Virus record (IMG/VR): IMGVR_UViG_3300020201_000017
Reading direction: 5' to 3' (one strand)
DNA length: 64,000 bases
DNA from: an uncultured virus (IMG/VR IMGVR_UViG_3300020201_000017)
Taxonomy: Duplodnaviria > Heunggongvirae > Uroviricota > Caudoviricetes
Of this stretch, positions 37,019 to 47,415 are shown in pieces; within the stretch, counting starts at the first letter, position 1; each line of letters opens with the position of its first letter. The position numbers and the translations under genes are program-made. The notes under the pieces are model-generated. The model worked only from the letters and a program-made list of their open reading frames with translations. It did not search any database and was not told where the DNA came from.

Positions 37019-38139
37019 ATTTTAATTTAAAAGAGCATACAGTATTTTTAACATTATCCGGCTCCAGAGCTTATGGGACACATACTCATGAATCTGATTA
37101 TGATTATCGCGGAATAGCCATACCGCCTGCCGATAGCTATATTGGCTTGAATCCTAGATTTGAGAATGCTGTTGATAATAATGGAACTAATCTATGGAAA
37201 GAATTTGATTTACAAGAAGATTCGGATGTTCAGATTTTTGAATTGACTAAATTTGCAAGATTAGCTGTGGAATGTAATCCTTCTGTTATTGAAGTTTTGT
37301 TTACAGATCCTTCAACACATTTAATTTGTGATAAATTAATGAAAAAAATATTAGATATAAAAGAAAGCTTTTTATCTAAACAAGCTAGGCCTAGGTTTTC
37401 TGGGTATGCGCTTAGCCAGTTAAATCGTATTCGTTTGCATAGACGATATATACTTAATCCCATTACTAAAAAGCCTGAACGTGCTAGTTTTGGTTTACCA
37501 GAAAATAAATTAATTTCTGTAGATCAGCTTGGCGCTGCAGAATCAATTATTGATAAAAAAGTCAATGATTTAATTTTAGATATTAACGACTTAACAGAAG
37601 ATGTTAAAATAATTCTAAAAAACGGCATGGATGATATTTTGAAAAAAACATGGAAAGCTATTAATAATGAAAAAAATTATCCATCAAATGTGAAAGATTT
37701 AATTTTTAATGAATTTGCTAATGAGCAGTTTGATAATGAAAATTTTCTTATATATTTAGCTCAAGAAAGAAAATATAATCAAGCTAAAAAAGATTGGGAT
37801 AATTATCAGCACTGGCTTAAAACAAGAAACGTTAAACGCCTCCAGGATGAAATTAACTTCGGATTTGACTTAAAGCATGCCACTCACCTGGTTCGCCTTT
37901 TAAGGATGTGCAGAGAAATTCTTGAAACTGGCACAGTGAATGTTTTAAGGCCAGATGCAGAAGAATTAATATCGATACGTAACGGTGCGTGGACATATGA
38001 TCAGTTAGTAGAGTTTGCTGAAAATGAAGATGAAGCTTTAAAAGATGTTTGCAAAAATTCTAAGCTTCCAAATAAAGCAGACCATGATAAAATACATAAT
38101 ATAATTTTTAATATGATCGCTGAAAGGAACTTTAAATAA
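37015..38139 (+). CDS. Pol-beta-superfamily nucleotidyltransferase (PF10127/RlaP-like)
   Basis: SGSRAYGT-x-x-x-x-SDYDYRG, NP-x-x-IE-x-L, D-x-KHA-x-HLVRLL, IR-x-G. Confidence 0.88.
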   Translation: MNFNLKEHTVFLTLSGSRAYGTHTHESDYDYRGIAIPPADSYIGLNPRFENAVDNNGTNLWKEFDLQEDSDVQIFELTKFARLAVECNPSVIEVLFTDPSTHLICDKLMKKILDIKESFLSKQARPRFSGYALSQLNRIRLHRRYILNPITKKPERASFGLPENKLISVDQLGAAESIIDKKVNDLILDINDLTEDVKIILKNGMDDILKKTWKAINNEKNYPSNVKDLIFNEFANEQFDNENFLIYLAQERKYNQAKKDWDNYQHWLKTRNVKRLQDEINFGFDLKHATHLVRLLRMCREILETGTVNVLRPDAEELISIRNGAWTYDQLVEFAENEDEALKDVCKNSKLPNKADHDKIHNIIFNMIAERNFK

Positions 38140-39116
38140 TGATGAATAAGAACATTCTTTTAAAAAATATAATTGATGCTCAAAAAAACGGAGATATTGA
38201 GTCTGATTTGGCGCTAGAAACTATTGATTTTATCATGGCTAGCAATCTTGGCACAAAACAAACTTTACAAAAAAAACATCCGGTAAAAAATGATACAATA
38301 ATAAAAACCATACCTAAAAATTTCACATCAAAAACAGAGCTTAAAAAAGATAAGTGTAAATTTAAAATAACAAAAACAACTGATGATTGTTTTTCAATTA
38401 CATCCGTTGGTAAGGTTGGCGAAAAATTCTATACAAAACCAACATTTGTTACTTTTAAAATAAAATATAATCAATTTAAGAACATCTTAGATGAAGAAGG
38501 TCCCACAATTAAATATGGAAAAACAGTTTATGCAATTTTAAATTTTGATAAAAAAAATAAAAAAGTTACGCCTTATTCTGTTTATATAAATGATAGAAAA
38601 TATAATCACGAAGATAATATAAGTAAAAATACGTACTTAAAATCTCTTACAAAAAATAATGTTGGACATTTTGGAGAAGCACTGTTATATACTAAACTGG
38701 TTAATGCGGTTAATAAAAAAGATATTAACATTGAGCATACGGCTGACATTAATTTAAGCGCACCGTGTGATATAACCATTTCTAACAATAAAAAAGGCTC
38801 TTACTACTATGTAGATGTCAAATCTGTTGTGCATGAAGGTTTAAATTTACAGATTAAATCTGATCAGTTTAATAATCGCTGGGATTGTTTTCAAGATAAA
38901 GATTTTTACTATTGTTTGGTTAAGACCAATTGGAAAAATGAAGGTAATAAGACAGGTTCAATATCTCAGTCATTCATTCATATTAAAGATGTAAAAAAAC
39001 ATTGTTCTATACAAGATATTGATCGTTATGGTCGAAAAGAGCAATTAATTATAGTTAATTATTATTCTAACAGAAATTTATTTATTGAATTTGATGATTT
39101 TATAAAACGAATTTGA
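38139..39116 (+). CDS. Protein with a C-terminal PD-(D/E)XK-like nuclease domain
   Basis: GHFGE...PCDI...YVDVKS. Confidence 0.55.
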   Translation: MMNKNILLKNIIDAQKNGDIESDLALETIDFIMASNLGTKQTLQKKHPVKNDTIIKTIPKNFTSKTELKKDKCKFKITKTTDDCFSITSVGKVGEKFYTKPTFVTFKIKYNQFKNILDEEGPTIKYGKTVYAILNFDKKNKKVTPYSVYINDRKYNHEDNISKNTYLKSLTKNNVGHFGEALLYTKLVNAVNKKDINIEHTADINLSAPCDITISNNKKGSYYYVDVKSVVHEGLNLQIKSDQFNNRWDCFQDKDFYYCLVKTNWKNEGNKTGSISQSFIHIKDVKKHCSIQDIDRYGRKEQLIIVNYYSNRNLFIEFDDFIKRI

Positions 39117-39119
39117 AAC

Positions 39120-39968
39120 ATGATTAAAAATAAAGCAAAAGAGATAGCCGACTCAACACTGGCAATTATAGAAGCTGGCGAGTATACTGCTCCTTCAGGT
39201 AGTATTATAACAACACGTTTTAAAAATGATGATTGTATCACAAAATCATGTTTATATTTAGATACTGATGTTACTATTGAAAAAGCATTTTTTGTTAAAA
39301 ACATTAATCCAAAAATATCTGTTTTAAGCGAATCTATTTTAGAAACATCTTGTAGATTGCAATTAGATAATGCAGTAGCTTTAAATTTTGCAAATGCAAC
39401 TATACCTGGCGGAGGATTTGAGCTGGGAGCAATTGCTCAAGAAGAAACCATTTGCAGATCCTCATACCTCCATCTAACGCTTCAGCGCCATCCAAAATTT
39501 TATGATTTAAATAAAGAATCCATTATAAATGGTAACTATTTTTATTTAAGTAATATGATTTACTCACAAAATGTTTTAATTTTCAAAAATGATAATGGTG
39601 ATCTGTTAGAGAATCCATATTATTGCTCTTTTATTACTTCTCCTGCACCAATGAGATTTGCTATGGAAAATTTTGGGTGCGCTGAAAATGAACTTAATGA
39701 TAAATTAAATATAATTTTCACTGAGCGTATTAGAAAGTTACTAAAAATTGCCATTAAAAATGGCCACAGAACTATAATTTTAGGGGCCTGGGGTTGTGGA
39801 GCTTTTGGCAACGATCCTTTTATGGTATCTAATATATTTTATAATGTTTTAAAAGAATTACCTTATTTTGATAATATTGTTTTTTCAATTTTTACTAACA
39901 CACATAAAGAAAATGACTTAAATTATACTTGTTTTAGAGATTTGTTTGAAAGAGAAAATAATGGGTAA
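39120..39968 (+). CDS. TIGR02452 family bacterial-type PARG macrodomain protein
   Basis: LNFAN-x-x-x-PGGGF-x-x-GA-x-AQEE; LGAWGCGAFGN. Confidence 0.9.
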   Translation: MIKNKAKEIADSTLAIIEAGEYTAPSGSIITTRFKNDDCITKSCLYLDTDVTIEKAFFVKNINPKISVLSESILETSCRLQLDNAVALNFANATIPGGGFELGAIAQEETICRSSYLHLTLQRHPKFYDLNKESIINGNYFYLSNMIYSQNVLIFKNDNGDLLENPYYCSFITSPAPMRFAMENFGCAENELNDKLNIIFTERIRKLLKIAIKNGHRTIILGAWGCGAFGNDPFMVSNIFYNVLKELPYFDNIVFSIFTNTHKENDLNYTCFRDLFERENNG

Positions 39969-40743
39969 ATTTAGACCTTCCGAAAATTGTATATTTGCTA
40001 TTCCAGACGTGCACGGGCGCGCAGATGAATTGCAAGTAATTTTAAAAAGAATTCTTCCATTGCGAAAAAATAAAAATGGTCAAGATAAAATTGTATTTTT
40101 GGGTGACTATATAGATCGCGGATCAAAATCACCAGAAGTTATTGAAATTCTAATAGATCTGAAGTTACAATATGCAGATCAGGTAACGTTGCTTCTTGGT
40201 AATCATGATGATTTAATGTTGCGAGCATGCAATTATAAAGAGCAATGGGATGACCCTAGAAAGGATTCTGCTTATAGCATATGGGTTCGTAATGGTGGTG
40301 ATGAAACAATTTTATCTTATGCAAAAAAATCAGGTTCTGATATTACAAATATTTTCGGAATTCCTAAAGATAGAAATATTTCTTTTGTAGATAAACACCA
40401 TTTAGATTTTTTATCAAAAAACACTCAAATATATCATGAAACTGATAGTCATATATTTATTCACGGTGGTATGAATTATCATATTGATTTGAAAGATCAT
40501 ACTGAAGAAACTCTTCTTTGGGACAGATCTTTATTTGATTTTGTTTTAAATACTAGTCCAGATGTGAAGCTTCCTTGGAAAAAGAAAATTGTTTGCGGGC
40601 ATTCTTATATGGGGCCAGTTATAAGAGATAAGTATATAATGCTTGATGCATCCAAAGCTCAAAAATTAATGGTATGTGAGCTTAACTCGATGGAAATATT
40701 TTACGTTGGTTATGGAAATTCTAAAATGACAAAAAACATATGA
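39961..40743 (+). CDS. PPP-family Ser/Thr phosphatase-like metallophosphoesterase
   Basis: DVHG, GDYIDRG, GNHD, HGG, LLWDR, GH. Confidence 0.9.
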   Translation: MGKFRPSENCIFAIPDVHGRADELQVILKRILPLRKNKNGQDKIVFLGDYIDRGSKSPEVIEILIDLKLQYADQVTLLLGNHDDLMLRACNYKEQWDDPRKDSAYSIWVRNGGDETILSYAKKSGSDITNIFGIPKDRNISFVDKHHLDFLSKNTQIYHETDSHIFIHGGMNYHIDLKDHTEETLLWDRSLFDFVLNTSPDVKLPWKKKIVCGHSYMGPVIRDKYIMLDASKAQKLMVCELNSMEIFYVGYGNSKMTKNI

Positions 40744-42896
40744 AAAAAACAAAAACATTAATTATTGTAGAATCACCAAATAAAATCAAAAAAATATCAG
40801 AATATTTAGGTCCTAAATATATAATCAGAGCTTCGTTTGGACATATTATGGATTTATCTTCGGATATTCAGAATAATTTAGGCATTGATATTAAAAATGA
40901 TTTTCGTCCAAAATATAAAATACTACCTGAGAAAAAAGATAAATTATCAGCAATAATAGAGGCTTCTTCAGATGCCCATACAATATTAATTGCCACAGAC
41001 CCCGATAGAGAAGGTGAAGCAATTGCGTTCCATCTAGCATCGTGTCTAGATTCTTGCGGAGTTCCAATTAAAAGAATTATTTTTAATGAAATAACAAAAA
41101 AAGCAATTCAAAAAGCTGTTAAAAATCCAACAGAACTTAATAATCATCTTTATGATGCACAACAAGCACGTAGAGTTCTAGATAGAATTGTTGGTTTTTT
41201 AGTTAGTCCATTCGTTACAAAAGAATTAGGTGGAAAATTATCAGCAGGCCGTGTCCAATCTGTTGCTGTTAGATTAATCTCTGATAGAGATAAGGAAATA
41301 CAAAGTTTTATTCCTGAAGAATACTGGAACATAAATGTTAATTTATATAATAATAAAAACAAATTAAATGTCAAATATTTAGGAGATATTAAAAATTCAG
41401 AAGAAGCTGCTAATATTAAAAAACACATTGAACAATCAAACTTTGAAGTCACTGGTATTGAGTCAAAAGAGAAATTAAAATCACCTCTTCCACCTTTAAC
41501 CACATCGAAGCTTCAACAGATAGCATCAAGTAAATTAAACTTTGCCGTGGATAAGACAATGAAGCTAGCGCAGTCATTGTACGAATCCGGGTTTATCTCA
41601 TACATGAGAACTGACTCAACAAGATTGAGTGATGATTTTTTAAATGAAGCGCGAGATTGGTTAAATAATAATAATTATCAATTACCCATCACACCTAATA
41701 TATATGCAACTAAATCATCTGCTCAGGATGCCCATGAAGCTATTAGGCCTACTGAATTATCAAGAACTCCTGATAAAGTTTTTATTTCCGATGATGAATT
41801 AGCTATTTATACACTAATTTGGGATGTTTCAGCAGCAAGTCAATTATTACCAGCCAAATATGATACATCTAAAATATTATTAAGTTCAGGGAAGTATAAA
41901 TTTGCAGCTAGCGGTAAAATTTTAAAAGATGAAGGATATTTAAAAGTATTTAAAGATTTTGATTCTAAGGATGATGAAACAGAGTTACCAAACGTTAAAT
42001 CTAATGAAATGTTCTGTGTTGAAGAAGATGGTGTAATTTTAAAACAAAAGTTTACTAGCCCACCAAGCAGATACACTGAGGGCAATTTGGTTAGAGAGTT
42101 AGAGAAAAGAAATATTGGCAGACCATCTACTTATGCAAATATCATTACTACTATCAAAAATAGAAAATATGTTGAAATTAAAAATAAAACATATCAAGCA
42201 ACAGAAATCGGGAACCAGGTTTCTGATGTGTTATGTAAATATTTTAAATTTTTAGATTATAATTATACTGCTAAAATGGAGGAAGAGTTAGATTTGATTG
42301 CAGATAACAAATTATCATACGTGCAAATGCTTGATTCTTTTTTTAAACCTTTTAAAAATGAAATGAAAAGAGCGTATATAGATACTGAAATTGATTATAA
42401 TATTGATTGTCCAAAATGTAAAGATAAAATGATATTACGTCATGGCACTTTTGGTTATTTTATGCTTTGTATTAACTTTGATTGTAAAAAAATTGAAGGT
42501 TGTGAATTAATTAACGATAAACCTGTTATTAAAACCATTCTTCGAGAAGAAATTGAAGGCATTAAGTGCCCAAATTGTGGTGATGGTATGTATAGAAACG
42601 ATGGGAGATATGGCCCATTTTACGCATGCGTATCTACGCCTGATTGTAGGGGCACGAGGAAAATATTTGTCGATAAAGATTGTCCAAATTGTAATAATGC
42701 TTTGTATATTACATCTCAAAACGGGGAATTGAGATCGGTATGTTCTGATTATAAAAATTGCAAATATTCAGAGTTGTTAACAAAAGAAACAAAGCAAAGA
42801 TTAAATATCAATTGGATTTATCCTAATAATATAGAAAAACATACGTTAGGACAACAGTTGCCACTAAAAATACAAGGTATATTAAATGAACGATGA
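40740..42896 (+). CDS. topA: DNA topoisomerase IA with three C-terminal zinc ribbons
   Basis: IVESP-x-K, ATDPDREGE, SAGRVQS, catalytic ISYMRTDS, IGRPSTYA. Confidence 0.97.
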   Translation: MKKTKTLIIVESPNKIKKISEYLGPKYIIRASFGHIMDLSSDIQNNLGIDIKNDFRPKYKILPEKKDKLSAIIEASSDAHTILIATDPDREGEAIAFHLASCLDSCGVPIKRIIFNEITKKAIQKAVKNPTELNNHLYDAQQARRVLDRIVGFLVSPFVTKELGGKLSAGRVQSVAVRLISDRDKEIQSFIPEEYWNINVNLYNNKNKLNVKYLGDIKNSEEAANIKKHIEQSNFEVTGIESKEKLKSPLPPLTTSKLQQIASSKLNFAVDKTMKLAQSLYESGFISYMRTDSTRLSDDFLNEARDWLNNNNYQLPITPNIYATKSSAQDAHEAIRPTELSRTPDKVFISDDELAIYTLIWDVSAASQLLPAKYDTSKILLSSGKYKFAASGKILKDEGYLKVFKDFDSKDDETELPNVKSNEMFCVEEDGVILKQKFTSPPSRYTEGNLVRELEKRNIGRPSTYANIITTIKNRKYVEIKNKTYQATEIGNQVSDVLCKYFKFLDYNYTAKMEEELDLIADNKLSYVQMLDSFFKPFKNEMKRAYIDTEIDYNIDCPKCKDKMILRHGTFGYFMLCINFDCKKIEGCELINDKPVIKTILREEIEGIKCPNCGDGMYRNDGRYGPFYACVSTPDCRGTRKIFVDKDCPNCNNALYITSQNGELRSVCSDYKNCKYSELLTKETKQRLNINWIYPNNIEKHTLGQQLPLKIQGILNER

Positions 42897-43197
42897 TTTT
42901 GAATTTGAATTTGATAATGATTTTGAGACAGAAGATTTAGAACTAAATGTTGAGCCTTATCTTGAGACTATTATGGAAGTGTTTTCAAAAATGTGCGATA
43001 AAACTAATGATGAGAATGAATTTTTTTCTTTAATATTATCTGTATTTTTGATGAAGCAAATAGTTGTCGAGAAAGTGTTAAAACCCAATCATTCTAAAGA
43101 AGAAGCCAAAGAGTTGATCACAACTTTTAACAAGATGGCAAAAGAACTCTTTAACGACGAAGAGAATGCACCAATAGATAGATCTAAATTAAACTGA
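42886..43197 (+). CDS. Acidic hypothetical protein
   Basis: 103 aa with an acidic N-terminus. Confidence 0.65.
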   Translation: MNDDFEFEFDNDFETEDLELNVEPYLETIMEVFSKMCDKTNDENEFFSLILSVFLMKQIVVEKVLKPNHSKEEAKELITTFNKMAKELFNDEENAPIDRSKLN

Positions 43198-43218
43198 GAC
43201 TGGAAGAATAAAAAAAAT

Positions 43219-44544
43219 ATGGAATTTAAGGACTTATCACAAAAAGAAATTGACGATCAGGAAAATTTAACAAAAGAAAGATTTAAGAGATTAATTCCAA
43301 AATATGAGTGGGAATCACAACAAAGTGGTCGCCCAAAAGAGCATTTAGTTGATTTAATGAATTGGTCTAAAGAAACTTTCAAACATAATTTAAAACAAAA
43401 TAAAAATGTTAGCTGCTATATTCATAATAAAATTGTAATAGATGGTTCGTTTTTACAATTTTGCGACGAGCAAAGCATTACAGTTGAGGTTTTAATTAAA
43501 GAATCTGTTGCTTCCTGGAATAGTGATAATGATAATGAGCATTTTTTAGTGCAAGGTGTCTTTAAAATTAAAAAAGGCAATTTAGAATTTTTACATTGCG
43601 CTTTGTTTCATAAAGGCAATCAAAATGAGGATGAGATTGCATTTTTTATAGTCGCTGATAATAGTGTCTTTTATGACTACGTACAATTACGTAATCAGTA
43701 TGATAAATGGTTGGTTGAAAGAGATCGTGAGCACCTGCAAATTCAGGTAATTGGTGGTGAAGGTTTTTCATATTCTAGAAATTCAAGCTGGGATGATTTA
43801 TTCTTACCAGATGATTTAAAAAAATCAATTAAGGGTGCTGTTGACAGTTTTATTTCAGCCGAAAATATTTATAAACAATCAAATATTGCATGGAAACGTG
43901 GAATGTTATTTTATGGTGAGCCAGGCGTTGGTAAAAGCTCTGCTATTAGAACAATTATATCTAATTATGATTTCAAACCAGTAACAGTTCAGTCTGGTGC
44001 AGATACTAATGATTCCGTCCTTACAGAGGCGTTCGCTTATGCTCAAGAACAATCGCCAGGACTTCTTTACATTGAGGACCTAGATACTCTTTTGGGCAAC
44101 TATGTCAGCATTTCACATTTTCTTAATTTAATGGATGGCGTATCAGCAAATAATGGCATTTTGATTATTGCAACAGCAAATGATATTTCAATATTAAAAG
44201 AGTCTGTAACAAGTAGGCCTTCCAGATTTGATAGGAAATTTTATTTTCCAAGACCTAATCATGATATGACAAGAAAATATTTAGAAAAATGGTTTGGCAA
44301 ATCTTTAAATAAAAAAGATTACACTAATCTTGTTAATATATCTATCGAGAACAATCTGACATATGCATACTTAAAAGAGTTATATTTGACATCAGTATTT
44401 AATGCAATTGCAGAAGATAGAGAAAAACCAATTTTAAAAGATATTTTAAGTGCTATGGACCAAATATCTTCAGATAAACAAACAGCTGATAACAATTTCG
44501 ATAATAATGATGATAACAACGGATCAAGAACAATAGGAGTATAA
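43219..44544 (+). CDS. Classical AAA ATPase (BCS1-like subgroup)
   Basis: WKRGMLFYGEPGVGKS, IEDLD, LN-x-MDG, RPSRFDR. Confidence 0.88.
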   Translation: MEFKDLSQKEIDDQENLTKERFKRLIPKYEWESQQSGRPKEHLVDLMNWSKETFKHNLKQNKNVSCYIHNKIVIDGSFLQFCDEQSITVEVLIKESVASWNSDNDNEHFLVQGVFKIKKGNLEFLHCALFHKGNQNEDEIAFFIVADNSVFYDYVQLRNQYDKWLVERDREHLQIQVIGGEGFSYSRNSSWDDLFLPDDLKKSIKGAVDSFISAENIYKQSNIAWKRGMLFYGEPGVGKSSAIRTIISNYDFKPVTVQSGADTNDSVLTEAFAYAQEQSPGLLYIEDLDTLLGNYVSISHFLNLMDGVSANNGILIIATANDISILKESVTSRPSRFDRKFYFPRPNHDMTRKYLEKWFGKSLNKKDYTNLVNISIENNLTYAYLKELYLTSVFNAIAEDREKPILKDILSAMDQISSDKQTADNNFDNNDDNNGSRTIGV

Positions 44545-44547
44545 TTA

Positions 44548-44934
44548 ATGAATTTTTCAAAACTACCAAAAAGTAAATATGCAAGTGGGTTTAGGCCGGT
44601 AGATTTATCTACATTTAGTAGCGTAGAGGTTACTGTTCGTAATGGAAGGACAGATGACGCTGTAAGATATTTTAAATCATTGGTTCAAAAAGAAAATGTT
44701 TTAGGGTTATATAAGGAGAAGCAGGCTTATGAGAAGCCTTCAGTTAAACTGAAACGCAAACGTAAAGAATCGAAAGAACGACGCTTGGCCCAAGAAAGTA
44801 AAGAAAAAATGATTAAAAGTGGTGAGTGGGATAAAAAACAAAAACAAAAACAAGAAAAGAAAATGCAACGTCAACAAAATTCTAGTGATTCTCCAGCAGA
44901 ACGAAGCGATGAAGATTTGTACTTAAATAAATGA
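44548..44934 (+). CDS. rpsU: 30S ribosomal protein bS21 with N- and C-terminal extensions
   Basis: VTVRN...DDAVRYFK...G...YEKPSVKLKRKRKE. Confidence 0.85.
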   Translation: MNFSKLPKSKYASGFRPVDLSTFSSVEVTVRNGRTDDAVRYFKSLVQKENVLGLYKEKQAYEKPSVKLKRKRKESKERRLAQESKEKMIKSGEWDKKQKQKQEKKMQRQQNSSDSPAERSDEDLYLNK

Positions 44935-44940
44935 GGATTT

Positions 44941-45444
44941 ATGGATGATAATAATAGAATTTTTAAAAATGCAAATAGGAATTTAAGCCATTACGAAAAT
45001 GTTAAAGCTTTCTCTCAATATGTGCCAGAACATGAGCGTTTAAATAAAACACCGGCAGTGGCGAATAATCAAGTTGATCATCGGCTCAAAAAGCAAGTAC
45101 AAATTCCTGCCAGAACAACTGCCGAAGTTCTATCACCACAAGAAGTTGTTAAAAACACTATCAACGATATTAAGAGTCAGTCTGAAATTTATCATAGCAA
45201 AGGTTTTGATGCTGTTGATTATGTTCCAGAACGTTCACATGAAGAAGATACAAATACATCTTTTAGCGATATTGAATATGGCTCGTATCTTTTAATGTAT
45301 AATCAAGAAGTAATTGAGGTTGGTACAATTGAGTATATTCAGGATTATATTGAAAATTTAATTCAGCATAATGATGTTGAACTAAATCAGTTGGTCGTAT
45401 TAAAAAAAGTTGAAATATTTTCTGGAATTATCATAAAAGAATAA
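44941..45444 (+). CDS. Hypothetical protein
   Basis: GAGG RBS, 167 aa. Confidence 0.7.
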   Translation: MDDNNRIFKNANRNLSHYENVKAFSQYVPEHERLNKTPAVANNQVDHRLKKQVQIPARTTAEVLSPQEVVKNTINDIKSQSEIYHSKGFDAVDYVPERSHEEDTNTSFSDIEYGSYLLMYNQEVIEVGTIEYIQDYIENLIQHNDVELNQLVVLKKVEIFSGIIIKE

Positions 45445-45447
45445 AAT

Positions 45448-46059
45448 ATGACAGATAAAAAAGCATCAGATTACTTAATTTCAATTGAAGCAAAATTAGA
45501 TAAATTATTAGCTGAATCAAGTAATAATAAGTTGCAGTTAAATATTTTATTAAATAAATTAAATAAAATAACATCTAATATTACTGTTACGGATTTTGTA
45601 AAAGAAAAATTAACTGATGTTTCTGATTTTGTTTTCACGCCAGCATCAGATGATGATAAATCAGAACCTATTAAAAAAGTAATGCCTGGCTTAAAAAGCA
45701 ATGTGGAAATACAGGACGGAGTTTTAATACAACGTGGCGAAGAGTCTTTGAAAGAGAATTTAAATAGCCATATTTTATTAAAACCCGTACCTGTTACGCA
45801 AAAAATATTATATCCTGATTTTTCAGGCGTATTTAATGCAACCGTATCTATTTTTGATAGTAATAAAAATAAAATAAAAACGCTAAAGACTAACAATGGA
45901 AAATGGAATTCGGCATTAATGCCAGGTAAATATAATATTATAATTACAAAGACAGCTACACATATTAAGCCTGAAATTAAGTTTAATATTGATGTTGTAA
46001 TTCCTTCATCTGATAATGTTATAGAATTACCAACACAGCAGGATAATGGCGATCAATGA
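45448..46059 (+). CDS. Coiled coil plus C-terminal beta-sandwich (carboxypeptidase-regulatory-like) protein
   Basis: A-x-V-x-I-x-D...T-x-x-x-GKW...L-x-PG-x-Y-x-I. Confidence 0.55.
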   Translation: MTDKKASDYLISIEAKLDKLLAESSNNKLQLNILLNKLNKITSNITVTDFVKEKLTDVSDFVFTPASDDDKSEPIKKVMPGLKSNVEIQDGVLIQRGEESLKENLNSHILLKPVPVTQKILYPDFSGVFNATVSIFDSNKNKIKTLKTNNGKWNSALMPGKYNIIITKTATHIKPEIKFNIDVVIPSSDNVIELPTQQDNGDQ

Positions 46060-46128
46060 TGATCATATTTTTAAATAATGCATTAACTTTTTGCTTAAGC
46101 TTTATTAAAAGCAGAAAGAAAAATACAA

Positions 46129-46812
46129 ATGAAATTTAATGTTATTTGCGCAGATCCTCCTTATTCTTTCTCTGATAAATTATCTATGTCGGACGTTAAA
46201 CGCGGAGCAGATTCACAATATCAGCTAATATCAAATAAAGACATTAAAAATATTGATGTGAAAAGTATTGTAGCTGATGATGCCGTTTTAGCTCTTTGGG
46301 TGCCATCTTCTCTTTTAAAAGAAGGTATAGAGATTATGGAAAACTGGGGTTTTGTTCTTAAACAGTCTCATATATGGGTTAAAACAAAACAAGAACCGCT
46401 AAAAGAATTAATTAAAGATTTATTAAAAATAAAATCTTTTGATGATGTTAAAATTGCAATTAAAAACCTTATTTCCTTTGATTTTAATAATATTTTATAC
46501 TTTGGTATGGGACGTTTATTTCGTCAGACACATGAAATAGTTTTAATTGGAACCAGGGGCAAAATATATCAGCATTTAGCAAATAAATCTCAACGTTCTG
46601 TTCATTTTGCACCAATTGGTAAACATTCGAAGAAGCCTGAGTCCTTACAGGACATGCTTGATGTTATGTTTCCTGATATGAACCTGAAAAAAATAGAATT
46701 ATTTGCTAGGCGAAATAAGCCAGGTTATTTGTGTGTTGGAAATCAATGCCCAGGAGATTATTTTGATCGTGATATTAGAGACTGTATTAAAGAGCTGGAA
46801 AATACCCCATGA
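46129..46812 (+). CDS. MT-A70 family N6-adenine methyltransferase
   Basis: ADPPY, L-x-LW, WGF, WVK, HS-x-KP, IELFARR. Confidence 0.92.
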   Translation: MKFNVICADPPYSFSDKLSMSDVKRGADSQYQLISNKDIKNIDVKSIVADDAVLALWVPSSLLKEGIEIMENWGFVLKQSHIWVKTKQEPLKELIKDLLKIKSFDDVKIAIKNLISFDFNNILYFGMGRLFRQTHEIVLIGTRGKIYQHLANKSQRSVHFAPIGKHSKKPESLQDMLDVMFPDMNLKKIELFARRNKPGYLCVGNQCPGDYFDRDIRDCIKELENTP

Positions 46813-46830
46813 ATATTTTAACATATTAAC

Positions 46831-47415
46831 ATGGAAAAAGTAAAACAATATTCAGTAAATTGTGGTGGCTGTGGCTCAGAATATGCAAATTACCAAGTGC
46901 GTCCTGCTAAAATTGGCAATTTAGTCATGGATCTTTGTAAACAATGTCAGGGCTATACAGAAACTTACCATAATTATAAACAGGCTGCTGATTTATTATC
47001 TGAAATATCAAAAATTGCTGATGCTAGTGGCCCAAACATTGTTATTGAGCCTGTAGAGCCGTTAGTACAGAAAGCTGTTGATGTTTTAAAACGCATGGAC
47101 TCTAATTATTTTTCAGGTGTCAGCAAGATTGTTTTAGGACCCTCAAATCAATATGGCCACGTACAATCTGGTGCAGACAAAGATCCTACGGTAATTAATA
47201 TTAATTCCGGCAGGATAAAACAAGAAGCTAAAAATGATGTTAGGACAGCTATTTTAAATATAGCAATTGTTATTGCTCATGAGCGTGCACATGTAAAATC
47301 ATACAAAGAAGATCAAGGATTTGTTGGTGGAGAATCTCCTGCGCAAGCAGAAGAAACGAAGGTTAGTAATTGGATAAAGAATAATAAAGATAGAATTGAA
47401 GATTTGTTGAAATGA
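46831..47415 (+). CDS. Zinc-ribbon plus HExxH (zincin-like) protein
   Basis: CGGC/CKQC; IAHERAH followed by GE-x-x-A. Confidence 0.55.
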   Translation: MEKVKQYSVNCGGCGSEYANYQVRPAKIGNLVMDLCKQCQGYTETYHNYKQAADLLSEISKIADASGPNIVIEPVEPLVQKAVDVLKRMDSNYFSGVSKIVLGPSNQYGHVQSGADKDPTVININSGRIKQEAKNDVRTAILNIAIVIAHERAHVKSYKEDQGFVGGESPAQAEETKVSNWIKNNKDRIEDLLK

